From Candidatus Omnitrophota bacterium (GTDB lineage Bacteria; Omnitrophota; Gorgyraeia; Zapsychrales; Fredricksoniimonadaceae): a stretch of DNA of 64,000 bases. The stretch covers positions 21,353-85,352 of the forward strand of contig CAWHFJ010000016.1 of NCBI GenBank assembly GCA_963828495.1. The letters are read 5' to 3'. The notes below the pieces were generated by a model. The model was not told the DNA's origin, searched no databases, and saw only the letters and a list, made by a program, of their open reading frames with translations. Positions 45,636-54,481 of the stretch are shown in pieces. The translations under genes were made by a program, and so were the position numbers. Every line of letters starts with the position of its first letter. The first letter of the stretch is position 1.

Positions 45636-46006
45636 TGTCTCATCCAGTAAAAATAATCCGTCTTAAAATAAGTACGGATCCGCCCGCTTTTAGTCATGAC
45701 CGCAAATTCACCGCTGCTGGCCCTATAGTGCATGACATCACCATTAGGCCTGATTTTTTCTAACACATCTTTTCCCGGAGGAGCGTTTAAAAGAGCCCGC
45801 GCGCCTTGCACATATTGCTCTTGGCTATTATACCCCAATTGGTCCCCATGTTTCAAATAATGCGCCCCTAGTTGCCCCGGGGCAAAATTACCGGCTTGAG
45901 GGAACTCATCCTGAGCGGCTATGGCGTTTTGCTCATAACATGCCGGTAGCGCAACACCTATAAGGACAAACAAAAACCAAGCTTTTATTAGCTTATTCCT
46001 CATCAA
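45632..46006 (-). CDS. Secreted or lipoprotein-like small protein with HYxKHG motif, unknown function
   Basis: 124 aa, signal peptide with LPAC. The GAHYLKHGDQLGY...YVQGARALL...GEFAVMTKSGRIRTYFK pattern reminds me of small secreted RNase/toxin-type domains, but I cannot name a family. Confidence 0.4.
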   Translation of the reverse strand: MMRNKLIKAWFLFVLIGVALPACYEQNAIAAQDEFPQAGNFAPGQLGAHYLKHGDQLGYNSQEQYVQGARALLNAPPGKDVLEKIRPNGDVMHYRASSGEFAVMTKSGRIRTYFKTDYFYWMRQ

Positions 46007-47189
46007 TCCCCTCGGACATCATCTTGCCGATCTTATTTTTCTGCTCCAGCAAATGAACAGGCAAAAAAGCCAGATTGGCTATTAATGTCGGAACCACCGC
46101 GCTGGCAATCACCGTCGCTACCAAAAAAGAATATTGTCCCTTGGAAATAATCCCGTGGGAGAAACCATAAAGCGATGAAATCGTACCAAAGGTCAATCCC
46201 GTTGACATCATTAATGTATAATACCACTTTTCCCTCCGGTCTTTTCTAAAAATACCAATGACGGGAAATAATCCAAAAATCTTTGACATCACTTTGCCCG
46301 CCAAAAGAATCAAAAACACAAACGGGGCGACGGCCAAGGCCCCTAGTGAAACCAGCGATCCCGCCCGGATAAAATAAAACGGCGTCAAAAAGCCGACTGT
46401 TAAGGTGCGTAATCTGCTCACCCAATGATGCTCTTTAACGGCAAATTCTGCCAAAAGCATACCGGCAATGTAGGCCGGTAAAACAGCTTCGCTGCCCGAC
46501 CATAAGGCCAGCGCCCCTAAGCCAAATAATACCAGCATGACCCACTTCACGCGAATGGCCGCCGTTCGATTGCCATAAGTTTGATGCATCTGTGAGGTCA
46601 TCCATGGAAAAAGACCAAGGACAATGGCTGTGACTACGACAAACACGATTGTTTTATAAGTAAAAGGGGCAAAAATAAGCCCGAGCGCGATGACTGTTCC
46701 TAGATCGTTGACAAAACATGCCCCCAATATCCCTTTGCCGAATTCCGTTTTATTAAAGCCCGTCTCCAGCATAACGGCATAAACCACCGCCATCGATGTC
46801 GTCGATAAGGCGACACCGGCCAACCAGCTGGCCCGAGGGTCCCAATGAAGAATAAACCGGGCAAAGGCCGCACACCCCAAAAAAGGTGCCAGGAAACCAA
46901 CGAATCCAACCACCAGGACCTCTGTGCGTTTGGTCGTGATCACTTTGGGATCAAGTTCTGCTCCGGCTAAAAAGGTAAGCAATACCGCCCCGAACGAGGC
47001 CAAAAGACGTACCCACTCGAGATCACTGCCAAAAGCCCCGGCGCCCCACCAACGATTAACCACCGCCGCGGCAATAACCCCTACAATTATTTCGACCAAA
47101 GCTATCGAAATCCTCAGATGATGGGCCACAATCGCGGCAAAGACCGCGAGACCTAACCAAACACTGGCAATAACATAAATCGTTTCCAT
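45993..47189 (-). CDS. Cation:proton antiporter (CPA2/Kef-type membrane domain)
   Basis: 398 aa, about 12 TM, Na+/H+-exchanger-like pattern, no KTN domain. Confidence 0.7.
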   Translation of the reverse strand: METIYVIASVWLGLAVFAAIVAHHLRISIALVEIIVGVIAAAVVNRWWGAGAFGSDLEWVRLLASFGAVLLTFLAGAELDPKVITTKRTEVLVVGFVGFLAPFLGCAAFARFILHWDPRASWLAGVALSTTSMAVVYAVMLETGFNKTEFGKGILGACFVNDLGTVIALGLIFAPFTYKTIVFVVVTAIVLGLFPWMTSQMHQTYGNRTAAIRVKWVMLVLFGLGALALWSGSEAVLPAYIAGMLLAEFAVKEHHWVSRLRTLTVGFLTPFYFIRAGSLVSLGALAVAPFVFLILLAGKVMSKIFGLFPVIGIFRKDRREKWYYTLMMSTGLTFGTISSLYGFSHGIISKGQYSFLVATVIASAVVPTLIANLAFLPVHLLEQKNKIGKMMSEGIDEE

Positions 47190-47208
47190 TACACACGACT
47201 CTCTTTCT

Positions 47209-47853
47209 TTAAATTAACCCCTTATCCAGGGCATATTTAACCAGGGCGGCGGTTGTTTTAAAACCTAATTTATGGATCAGACGATTGCGATGGGTTTCCA
47301 CCGTGCGGATACTGATTTTAAGCTGGGCCGCTATATTTTTGTTGGCATCGCCTTGCGCGACCAATTTTAAAATTTCTTTTTCACGTGGGGTGAGGATTCC
47401 CAAAGAAGGAATGTCTCCCCCTTTAACAAAACGGACATATTGTTCGGTAATCAACTCGGACATACCCGGCGAAATAAACGTCTTGCCCTTCATCACCATT
47501 TTAATGGCCATAGCCAGCAAATCAAACGCATTGTCTTTGAGGACATAGCCTGAGGCGCCGTTGGCCATGGCCCGCTTAAAATGTTCCTGGTCTTTTTGCA
47601 TGGTCAACACCAGGCATTTGATCTTGGGAAAATTTTTTTGAATTTCTTTTAACGTGGCCAACCCGTCCAAATTAGGCATGGATAAATCCATCACGACACA
47701 ATCCGCCTTGACAGAAGTCAACTTATCCAACAGCTCTTGGCCATCACGGGCCTGGGCCACCACTTTAAAGTCCGGCTCACGGTCCAACAGACTTTTCAAT
47801 CCGGCCCTGAGGATTTCATGATCGTCCGCTAAAATAATACGCACGCCTGCCAT
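47209..47853 (-). CDS. NarL/LuxR-family response regulator
   Basis: Receiver (RIILADDHEI...DCVVMDLSMPNLDG) plus a LuxR HTH (LTPREKEILKLVAQGDANKNIAAQLKISIRTVETHRNRL). The start at 47853 overlaps the kinase stop (TAATG). Confidence 0.85.
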   Translation of the reverse strand: MAGVRIILADDHEILRAGLKSLLDREPDFKVVAQARDGQELLDKLTSVKADCVVMDLSMPNLDGLATLKEIQKNFPKIKCLVLTMQKDQEHFKRAMANGASGYVLKDNAFDLLAMAIKMVMKGKTFISPGMSELITEQYVRFVKGGDIPSLGILTPREKEILKLVAQGDANKNIAAQLKISIRTVETHRNRLIHKLGFKTTAALVKYALDKGLI

Positions 47854-48899
47854 TACTTGTCCCTCCAACAAGGGATATCCACGATGATCGTGGTCCCTTG
47901 ATTAATCTGGGATTGGATTTCTATTTTACCGCCCAAGAGGCTCGTCCTTTCACGCATGGTTGTTAATCCCAACCCTTTGGACTTGTCCTTTAAGATAAAA
48001 CCACGCCCATTATCTTCTATGGTGATTTTTAAATTATTCTTGAAGACACGCAAAGCCACTTTAACATTGGTGGCCTGGGCATTCTTGACTATATTAGTCA
48101 AAGCTTCCTGTACAATACGAAATACATTAATGGCCTCTGATTGAAAATGTAAATTCACCAAATGGCTGTGCGTAAAAGTGATCCTGACTTTTCCCGCGCG
48201 GTTGATATCATCGATCATTAAATTGATGGCCGTAGTCAACCCTAAAGCTTCCAAGGTCGAAGGGCGCAGGCGCATGGCTAAATTCCGCGATTTATCAATG
48301 ATCGTATCTAAATACCCCAAGATCTTTTTATGTTCTTTTAAGGGGTTAACACTGGTCGATTTCTGCAGCCACGCGGATTGTAATAACATTTTAAGGGTAG
48401 CCAGCGACTGGCCTAAATCATCGTGCAGGTCACGGGCGATGCGTTCACACTCCTGCTCTTGGGCCTGAACGATACGAGCGGGCAATTCTTTAATCTGCTC
48501 CTCCATCATTTTGCGCGAACTTATCTCATAACGGATAGAAACATATTGATAGGGCTTGCCCTCTGCATCCATAAACGGCACTATGGTAGTGTCCTCCCAG
48601 TAAATGCCTCCGTCTTTAGCACTGTTACGGACTTCCCCCTTCCATATACGGCCCGCGGCTATAGCGGCCCACATCTCTTGAAAAAACTCTTTAGGATGAT
48701 GACCAGAATTGATAATCCTGTGATTCTGCCCTATTAATTCCGCCCTGGAATATTTAGAGATTTCACAGAATTTATCATTGGCATAAATGATATTGCCTGC
48801 CGGATCAGTGATGGTCACAATAGCCGACGCATCCAAAGCCGCCTTCATGTCGGCTAGTTCCTTCAGCGTTTCCTGCAATCTATTATCCTTACTATCCAT
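47853..48899 (-). CDS. Cytoplasmic PAS-containing sensor histidine kinase (HisKA_3/NarX-DegS type)
   Basis: 348 aa, no TM. PAS (ITDPAGNIIYANDKFCEISKYSRAELIG), H-box ARDLHDDLGQ, and HATPase N/G boxes (NIVKNA, DNGRGF, GLGLTTMRER). Confidence 0.8.
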   Translation of the reverse strand: MDSKDNRLQETLKELADMKAALDASAIVTITDPAGNIIYANDKFCEISKYSRAELIGQNHRIINSGHHPKEFFQEMWAAIAAGRIWKGEVRNSAKDGGIYWEDTTIVPFMDAEGKPYQYVSIRYEISSRKMMEEQIKELPARIVQAQEQECERIARDLHDDLGQSLATLKMLLQSAWLQKSTSVNPLKEHKKILGYLDTIIDKSRNLAMRLRPSTLEALGLTTAINLMIDDINRAGKVRITFTHSHLVNLHFQSEAINVFRIVQEALTNIVKNAQATNVKVALRVFKNNLKITIEDNGRGFILKDKSKGLGLTTMRERTSLLGGKIEIQSQINQGTTIIVDIPCWRDK

Positions 48900-48910
48900 A
48901 TCCTAACCAT

Positions 48911-48948
48911 GTGTCATTGCGAGCCCTGTTTTTTAGGGCGCGGCAATC
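48911..48948. repeat. Single GTGTCATTGCGAG...GCAATC unit
   Basis: gtgtcattgcgagccctgttttttagggcgcggcaatc. Same variant as the left half of 30165-30238, with the inner hairpin GCCCT-N7-AGGGC. Confidence 0.85.
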
Positions 48949-49052
48949 TTTTTTTAAATTTGATAATTATAGCATCCTCCGATGGAATTTCAAAAGAGTT
49001 AAAATAGGGGACAGGAAATAAGGGGACACTTCCATCGTAACCTATTGGGGCT

Positions 49053-49757
49053 CTAAGGCCCCGGTGGAAACGGTCCAAGATCAAAGACATTCTTTTCGAA
49101 TTGGGTCTTTAATGAGTCTATTTCTGCTGCGGTATATTGGCCCTGCTGCTTAAATCGGGGGTCGACCATCTTGGGGGCAAGGACAAACGGCTGCAGCACA
49201 TAATGATTGGCTTGCTCTATCAAATGCTGAATATCACTTAAATCCTCGTGGGAGCAGAATTCTTTGACCAGCGTCGTGCGAAACTGATACGGAATGCCGC
49301 TGCGGACAATTAGATCAATACTCTCTTTGATTTTATCGGTGTCCCAATCGGTAGCGGTCACTTGAGGATACTTGCTCAGAGAGGATTTAATGTCCATGGC
49401 GATGTAATCAATTAAACGCCGCTCCAACAAAGACCTCAAAACTTCCGGCTGACTGCCGTTGGTGTCCAATTTGACCGCGAAGCCCATGCCCTTGATCTGC
49501 ACGATAAAATCAGCCAGGCCTTCCTGCACGGTGGGCTCCCCACCGGTTATCACAACCCCCTGCAATTTCCCCCGGTGGTCCTGCAGATAATCCAAAATCT
49601 CTTGGGCTAAAAGCGGCTTTTGAAACAATTGAGGATCAACCAACTCAGGATTGTGACAAAAGCCGCATCGAAAATTACAGCCTTGGACAAAAACAGTCGC
49701 CGCGACCTTCCCCGGAAAATCGGCCAGTGTGAGTCTTTGGAAACCGCCTATACGCAT
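49053..49757 (-). CDS. nrdG: Anaerobic ribonucleoside-triphosphate reductase activating protein (radical SAM)
   Basis: FVQGCNFRCGFCHNPEL cluster motif, GGEPT, and adjacency to (and overlap with) nrdD. Confidence 0.85.
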   Translation of the reverse strand: MRIGGFQRLTLADFPGKVAATVFVQGCNFRCGFCHNPELVDPQLFQKPLLAQEILDYLQDHRGKLQGVVITGGEPTVQEGLADFIVQIKGMGFAVKLDTNGSQPEVLRSLLERRLIDYIAMDIKSSLSKYPQVTATDWDTDKIKESIDLIVRSGIPYQFRTTLVKEFCSHEDLSDIQHLIEQANHYVLQPFVLAPKMVDPRFKQQGQYTAAEIDSLKTQFEKNVFDLGPFPPGP

Positions 49758-51850
49758 ACATGATAGGTTTGGCGTCTGCGAAACTCTTCTTTTTTGCCTT
49801 TATTCCACTGTTTAACCGGCCTCAAATACCCCACCACCCGTGAATACACCTCGCATTCACTGCCGCAGCGCTCACAGGTCGCATGCTCGCCCGCTAAATA
49901 ACCACAGCTGGGGCAAACACTAAATGTAGGGGTAATCGTAAAATACGGCAAACGGTATTTGCTACAGATCGTGCGTATCAGATTTTTTAAACCATCTGTA
50001 TTGCTGATATTCTCGCCGATAAAACCGTGCAGCACCGTGCCGCCGGTATAGAGCGTCTGCAGCTCGTCTTGATGGTCCAGGGCCGCAAACACATCACTGG
50101 TGTGTTGCACCGGCAAATGGGACGAATTGGAATAGAAAGGTTCATGGCCTTGAGCGTATTCGTCTTCATTAGCGCAGATAATATCCACGTACATGCCCTT
50201 ATCCAGTTTGGCCAGACTGTAAGAAGTGCCCTCGGCCGGAGTCGCTTCCAGGTTAAAGATATTCCCCGTCTCCTCTTGAAATTCGACAAGTTTGTCGCGC
50301 ATAAATTTCAATACCTTGACGGCAAAATCTTTGCCCTTAGGCGAGGCAATATCTTCTCCCAACAGATTCAAACAAGCCTCATTCATCCCCAAAAGTCCGA
50401 TGGTGGAAAAATGATTTTTCCAATATTGGCCGAAACGCTCACTGATGTTACGCAAATAGAATTTGATATAGGGATACAAATTCTCTTCCGTGAGCTTTTC
50501 CAATATCTTGCGTTTAATCTCCAGGCTTTCCTTGGCCAAATTCATTTTTTCCAACAATTGGACAAAAAACTCTTCTTCATCCTTGGCCGTATAACCGATA
50601 CGCGGCAAATTGATGGTGACCACCCCAATCGAGCCGGTCAAAGGAGAGGCCCCGAACAAACCACCCCCGCGGGTCCTTAATTCACGGTTATCCAGACGTA
50701 AACGGCAACACATACTGCGCGCGTCTTCCGGATTCATGTCTGAATTAATAAAATTGGAGAAATACGGGATCCCGTATTTAGCGGTCATTTTCCATAACAG
50801 ATCCAGATTGGGATTGTCCCAGTTGAAATCTTTGGTCATGTTATAGGTAGGAATAGGGAATGTAAACACACGGCCCTTGGCGTCCCCCTCGAGCATGACT
50901 TCCAAGAAAGCCTTGTTAAACATATCCAGCTCTTTTTGAAATTCGCCATAGGTTTCCTTCTGAATTTCTCCGCCGCGCACAACACCCTGGGTGGCAAAAT
51001 AAGAAGGCACCGTCAAATCCAAGGTAATATTAGTAAACGGTGTCTGGAAACCGACACGGGTCGGCACATTCACATTAAAAACAAATTCCTGCAGGGCCTG
51101 TTTGACATCATCATACGTCAACTTATCGTAACGGATAAACGGCGCTAGAAGAGTGTCGAAATTAGAAAATGCCTGGGCCCCGGCCGCTTCGCCTTGCAGG
51201 GTATAAAAGAAATTCACGATCTGGCCTAAGGCACTGCGTAAATGTTTAGGCGGCTTACTCTCCATTTTACCGGAAACACCTTTGAACCCGACTGTCAATA
51301 AATCATGCAAATCCCAACCCACGCAATATACACTTAAAAGGCCCAGGTCATGGATGTGGAAATCTCCGTTTTGATGTGCGTCTTTAATCGTCACGGGATA
51401 AATGCGGTTGAGCCAATAGAGTTTGCTGACCTCGGAGGAAATATAATGGTTGAGCCCCTGCAGGGAATAGGCCATGTTGCTGTTTTCGTTGACCCGCCAA
51501 TCATATTGATTGAGATATTTATCCACCAAATCGGTATTAAACCGTGAAATAATCTGGCGCATCTCGGCATGTTGCTGGCGATAAAGGATATAGGCTTTGG
51601 CCGTTTTGCGGTAAGGGCTTGAAAGCAAAACCTCCTCGACAATGTCCTGAATACCTTCCACGGTGGGGTTATCAATAAAAATCTGCTGGGCAATATTGAG
51701 GACCCTCACCGTCATCATCTGAGCGGTCTCTGCCCCAAATTCACCGGTCACCTGACCTGCTTTGGTCAAAGCACTGGTGATTTTCTGCGGGTTAAAATCT
51801 TCAACTCTACCGTTACGTTTGACAATTGTCGTGAATACAGCGATGGCCAT
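49748..51850 (-). CDS. nrdD: Anaerobic (class III) ribonucleoside-triphosphate reductase
   Basis: 700 aa. ATP-cone-like N-terminus, C-terminal zinc ribbon CPSCG...CERCG, and the glycyl-radical motif SRVVGYLRP. Confidence 0.92.
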   Translation of the reverse strand: MAIAVFTTIVKRNGRVEDFNPQKITSALTKAGQVTGEFGAETAQMMTVRVLNIAQQIFIDNPTVEGIQDIVEEVLLSSPYRKTAKAYILYRQQHAEMRQIISRFNTDLVDKYLNQYDWRVNENSNMAYSLQGLNHYISSEVSKLYWLNRIYPVTIKDAHQNGDFHIHDLGLLSVYCVGWDLHDLLTVGFKGVSGKMESKPPKHLRSALGQIVNFFYTLQGEAAGAQAFSNFDTLLAPFIRYDKLTYDDVKQALQEFVFNVNVPTRVGFQTPFTNITLDLTVPSYFATQGVVRGGEIQKETYGEFQKELDMFNKAFLEVMLEGDAKGRVFTFPIPTYNMTKDFNWDNPNLDLLWKMTAKYGIPYFSNFINSDMNPEDARSMCCRLRLDNRELRTRGGGLFGASPLTGSIGVVTINLPRIGYTAKDEEEFFVQLLEKMNLAKESLEIKRKILEKLTEENLYPYIKFYLRNISERFGQYWKNHFSTIGLLGMNEACLNLLGEDIASPKGKDFAVKVLKFMRDKLVEFQEETGNIFNLEATPAEGTSYSLAKLDKGMYVDIICANEDEYAQGHEPFYSNSSHLPVQHTSDVFAALDHQDELQTLYTGGTVLHGFIGENISNTDGLKNLIRTICSKYRLPYFTITPTFSVCPSCGYLAGEHATCERCGSECEVYSRVVGYLRPVKQWNKGKKEEFRRRQTYHVCV

Positions 51851-51893
51851 AGTACCCCTCCCTTGCCCTCCCCATCTCAGGGGAGGGAATTTA
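51851..51893 (-). promoter_or_regulatory. C-rich/G-rich hairpin cassette carrying the nrdD Shine-Dalgarno
   Basis: The minus-strand RNA reads aaattCCCTCCCCtgagatGGGGAGGGcaaGGGAGGGGtactATG. There is a perfect 8-bp stem with a 6-nt loop, followed by a second G-tract that contains the SD. Alternative pairing is possible. Confidence 0.3.
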
Positions 51894-51897
51894 TAAA

Positions 51898-52687
51898 TTA
51901 ATTAAAAGATGTTTTACGAAAATTTCCATGACGGCCCATGGTTGCCTTCTCATCCATGGGTGTATATTCTTTAAGCGGCGCATCGTAAACAGAAACGACC
52001 GCCATACCCTTAAATAATTTTTTTGCCCTTCGTAAACGTTCACGCTCAAGAGGTTTTACCCCACAAGGCCTGATAGGCGTGTCCAGCTGGATTTCATCAG
52101 CCCCTAAAGACCGGACTCATCTGTGCGATCTCTTTAGCATTGTCCATATTCTGGTCCATTAACATGATCTGTAAAGCCAATTTGCCTTTATACTTGTGCT
52201 CGAAAATCCTTAATCCCCTGAATGATATTTTTTAAATCCAGCGGCCTGCCCCTGACTAATCGTCTCAAAAAATGACTTGATTGCCGGCATCTAATTTGGC
52301 TAACACAAAATCTGCAGCCATCAGATCATCACGGACCGCCTGAAGATGCATCAGCGATGAATTAGTAATCACCGCGACCTTTTCGGGCCTTGCGGCTTTG
52401 ACGCCACGGATCATTTCTCCCAAATTTAAAGCCAGGGTGGGCTCACCGCGCCCCGAAAAAGTGATATAATCCGCTAAATCCAACGGTATCTGGCGGATTT
52501 CATCCATCAGAGCCTCAAGGGGCACATAAATTTTGCGTTCATGGGTCAACTGCGCGGTTTTCCCCAATTGACAATAAATACAATCCATATTGCAGATTTT
52601 ATCGGGTGAGGAAAGCGGATCAATGCCTAAGGAATTGCCTAAACGCCAGGAATACACCGGACCGAAAATATATTGGAAAGACTGCAT
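51898..52687 (-). pseudogene. Radical SAM protein gene disrupted by about 4 frameshifts
   Basis: The N-terminal 140 aa are intact (CNMDCIYC cluster, GRGEPT). Downstream fragments in other frames read RPLDLKNIIQGIKDFR, EHKYKGKLALQIMLMDQNMDNAKEIAQM and GADEIQLDTPIRPCGVKPLERERLRRAKKLFKGMAVVSVYD. The first shift is in a T6 run near 52262. Confidence 0.75.
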
Positions 52688-52791
52688 AGAACTATAATGC
52701 CTTAAAATAGAAATAAAATAAATAGGACGAACTACGCAAACATCTACGTAGTAACACGTAAAATAAATGATAATTTAATAGGAATTTAATG

Positions 52792-53496
52792 CTACGAGAA
52801 AAGTTTAAAAACTAAATCCCCGATCACCTGAATGGTTTTTTGAAACCCAAGTCTGTCCACATTTAAGACCGCATCGTACAGGCACGGGTCATTGATATCT
52901 TTACCAAAATATTTCTTAACATAATTGGCCCGATTACGGTCTTCTCTTAAAATGAACTCTTCAGATTCTTTTTTCGTCAGCTGATGATACTTTTGAATAT
53001 GCTCCACTCTTCTGTCTAACGGACTCATTAATCGAACGTGCACTCCCCCCGGCAATTTAGCCGTCACCATATTCGCCCCTCTGCCGACTATAATACAATA
53101 GCCTAATTGGGCCAAATGAAGAATGGTCTTACCTGTATCGTAAACCAAGGTATTATGGGAAGGATGTAACCCCACGGCTTCTTCAATCATATCCTGAATC
53201 CCTGAAACAGTCTCTTCTGATAAATAAGGGATGACCGTTTCCGGCAGGTTGTGTTCTTGGACTATTTTCTCAATAAGCTCCTTATCAAATACTGTCCAGG
53301 GACACTTCGCGCGTCGATCATTCTTTTTGAGATATTCACACAGGCCCAAGGGAATAGTAAAGCTATAGGCCCCGGTTTGACGGGAAATAGTCACAAACGG
53401 ATTTTCTACGCGCTTTTCATTAGGCGTTTTATGCTTTAAAGATTTAACCTGGGAGGTAATGTACGCGCTGTAATGATTTTCAACGCATACGTCCAT
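52792..53496 (-). CDS. Cytidylate-kinase-like family protein
   Basis: 234 aa. The overall pattern (VTISRQTGA..., IIVGRGAN, RLMSPLDRRVEHI..., YVKKYFGKDINDP..YD) is typical of the AAA_18/cytidylate-kinase-like family, but the P-loop is degenerate. Confidence 0.55.
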   Translation of the reverse strand: MDVCVENHYSAYITSQVKSLKHKTPNEKRVENPFVTISRQTGAYSFTIPLGLCEYLKKNDRRAKCPWTVFDKELIEKIVQEHNLPETVIPYLSEETVSGIQDMIEEAVGLHPSHNTLVYDTGKTILHLAQLGYCIIVGRGANMVTAKLPGGVHVRLMSPLDRRVEHIQKYHQLTKKESEEFILREDRNRANYVKKYFGKDINDPCLYDAVLNVDRLGFQKTIQVIGDLVFKLFS

Positions 53497-54481
53497 TATA
53501 GCTCTGCAAGACTTTCATGTAATTGGCTCTTTCAAAAGCCTCGGGATTAGAACAGGATTTCTGGCTCATGCTGCCCTTCATCTGTTGGAGCGATACGTAT
53601 TCATGACTCTTCATCCATGTTTGCATGTCCTCAAGAATAGACTTAGGCGCCCCCACGCCATTTTTCAAAAGCACTGAACAAAGCATCGTAATATCCGCTC
53701 CTGCCATGACCATTTTAAGGACATCTTCCGCGGTATGGACCCCTCCGGTGGCGGCCAAAGAACATTTCACATGGCTGTAGAGGATCGCGATCCAACGCAT
53801 CGGAAGCCTCATATCCTGCGGCGTACTTAAATTCAACGTGGGCGTCACTTCCAGATTTTCCAAATCAATATCCGGCTGATAAAACCGGTTAAATAATACC
53901 AACGCATCGGCCCCTGCCTTATCCAAACGTTTGGCCATATGCGCCATATTGCTAAAATAAGGCCCCAATTTTACAGCAACGGGTATACGCACTGCTTTTT
54001 TAACCGATTGAATAATGTCTAAATAAATCTTCTCAGTAACTGCGCTCCCCTGATTCTCATCTGTAGGGATCATATAAATATTTAATTCCAACGCGTCCGC
54101 TCCTGCCTCTTGAATATACTTGGCATATTTAGTCCACCCACCCATCGAGGAGCCGTTTAAAGAACCTATGACCGGGACACTCACGGCCTTTTTCATTTTA
54201 GTGATGTGGTCTAAATACTCTTCGGGACCCAGCAAAAAACTCTTGGAAGCCGGAAAATAGGACAAGCTCTCCGCAAAACTTTCCGTCCCGCGGGTCAAGT
54301 GGTCTTCCAAGGCAAGGTTTTCTTGAATAATCTGTTCCTCAAATAAGGAAAAACAAACAATAGCGGCAATCCCGCTATCTTCCAGGCGGCGGCAACCATC
54401 AAGGTCATGTGACAGTGGTGATGCGGACGCAACCAGAGGATTACGTAAATTTAAACCTAAATACTTAGTTGTCAGATCCAT
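53480..54481 (-). CDS. Dihydroorotate dehydrogenase-like TIM-barrel flavoprotein
   Basis: 333 aa. LGLNLRNPLVASASPLS, GADALELNIY, VAVKLGPYF and ATGGVHTAEDVLKMVMAGA, as in class 1 DHOD/DPD-like proteins. Confidence 0.75.
   Translation of the reverse strand: MDLTTKYLGLNLRNPLVASASPLSHDLDGCRRLEDSGIAAIVCFSLFEEQIIQENLALEDHLTRGTESFAESLSYFPASKSFLLGPEEYLDHITKMKKAVSVPVIGSLNGSSMGGWTKYAKYIQEAGADALELNIYMIPTDENQGSAVTEKIYLDIIQSVKKAVRIPVAVKLGPYFSNMAHMAKRLDKAGADALVLFNRFYQPDIDLENLEVTPTLNLSTPQDMRLPMRWIAILYSHVKCSLAATGGVHTAEDVLKMVMAGADITMLCSVLLKNGVGAPKSILEDMQTWMKSHEYVSLQQMKGSMSQKSCSNPEAFERANYMKVLQSYNGRMR

Noticed and set aside
50027-50680. 217-aa plus-strand ORF
   Set aside because: It lies entirely antisense to nrdD, whose reading frame is supported by strong family motifs. 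This is a typical shadow ORF.
51851-51960. NrdR box or cobalamin riboswitch upstream of nrdD
   Set aside because: I could find no ACACNA-N-TNTGT-type palindrome pair and no B12-box-like sequence. The space is occupied by the pseudogene end and the C/G-tract cassette.
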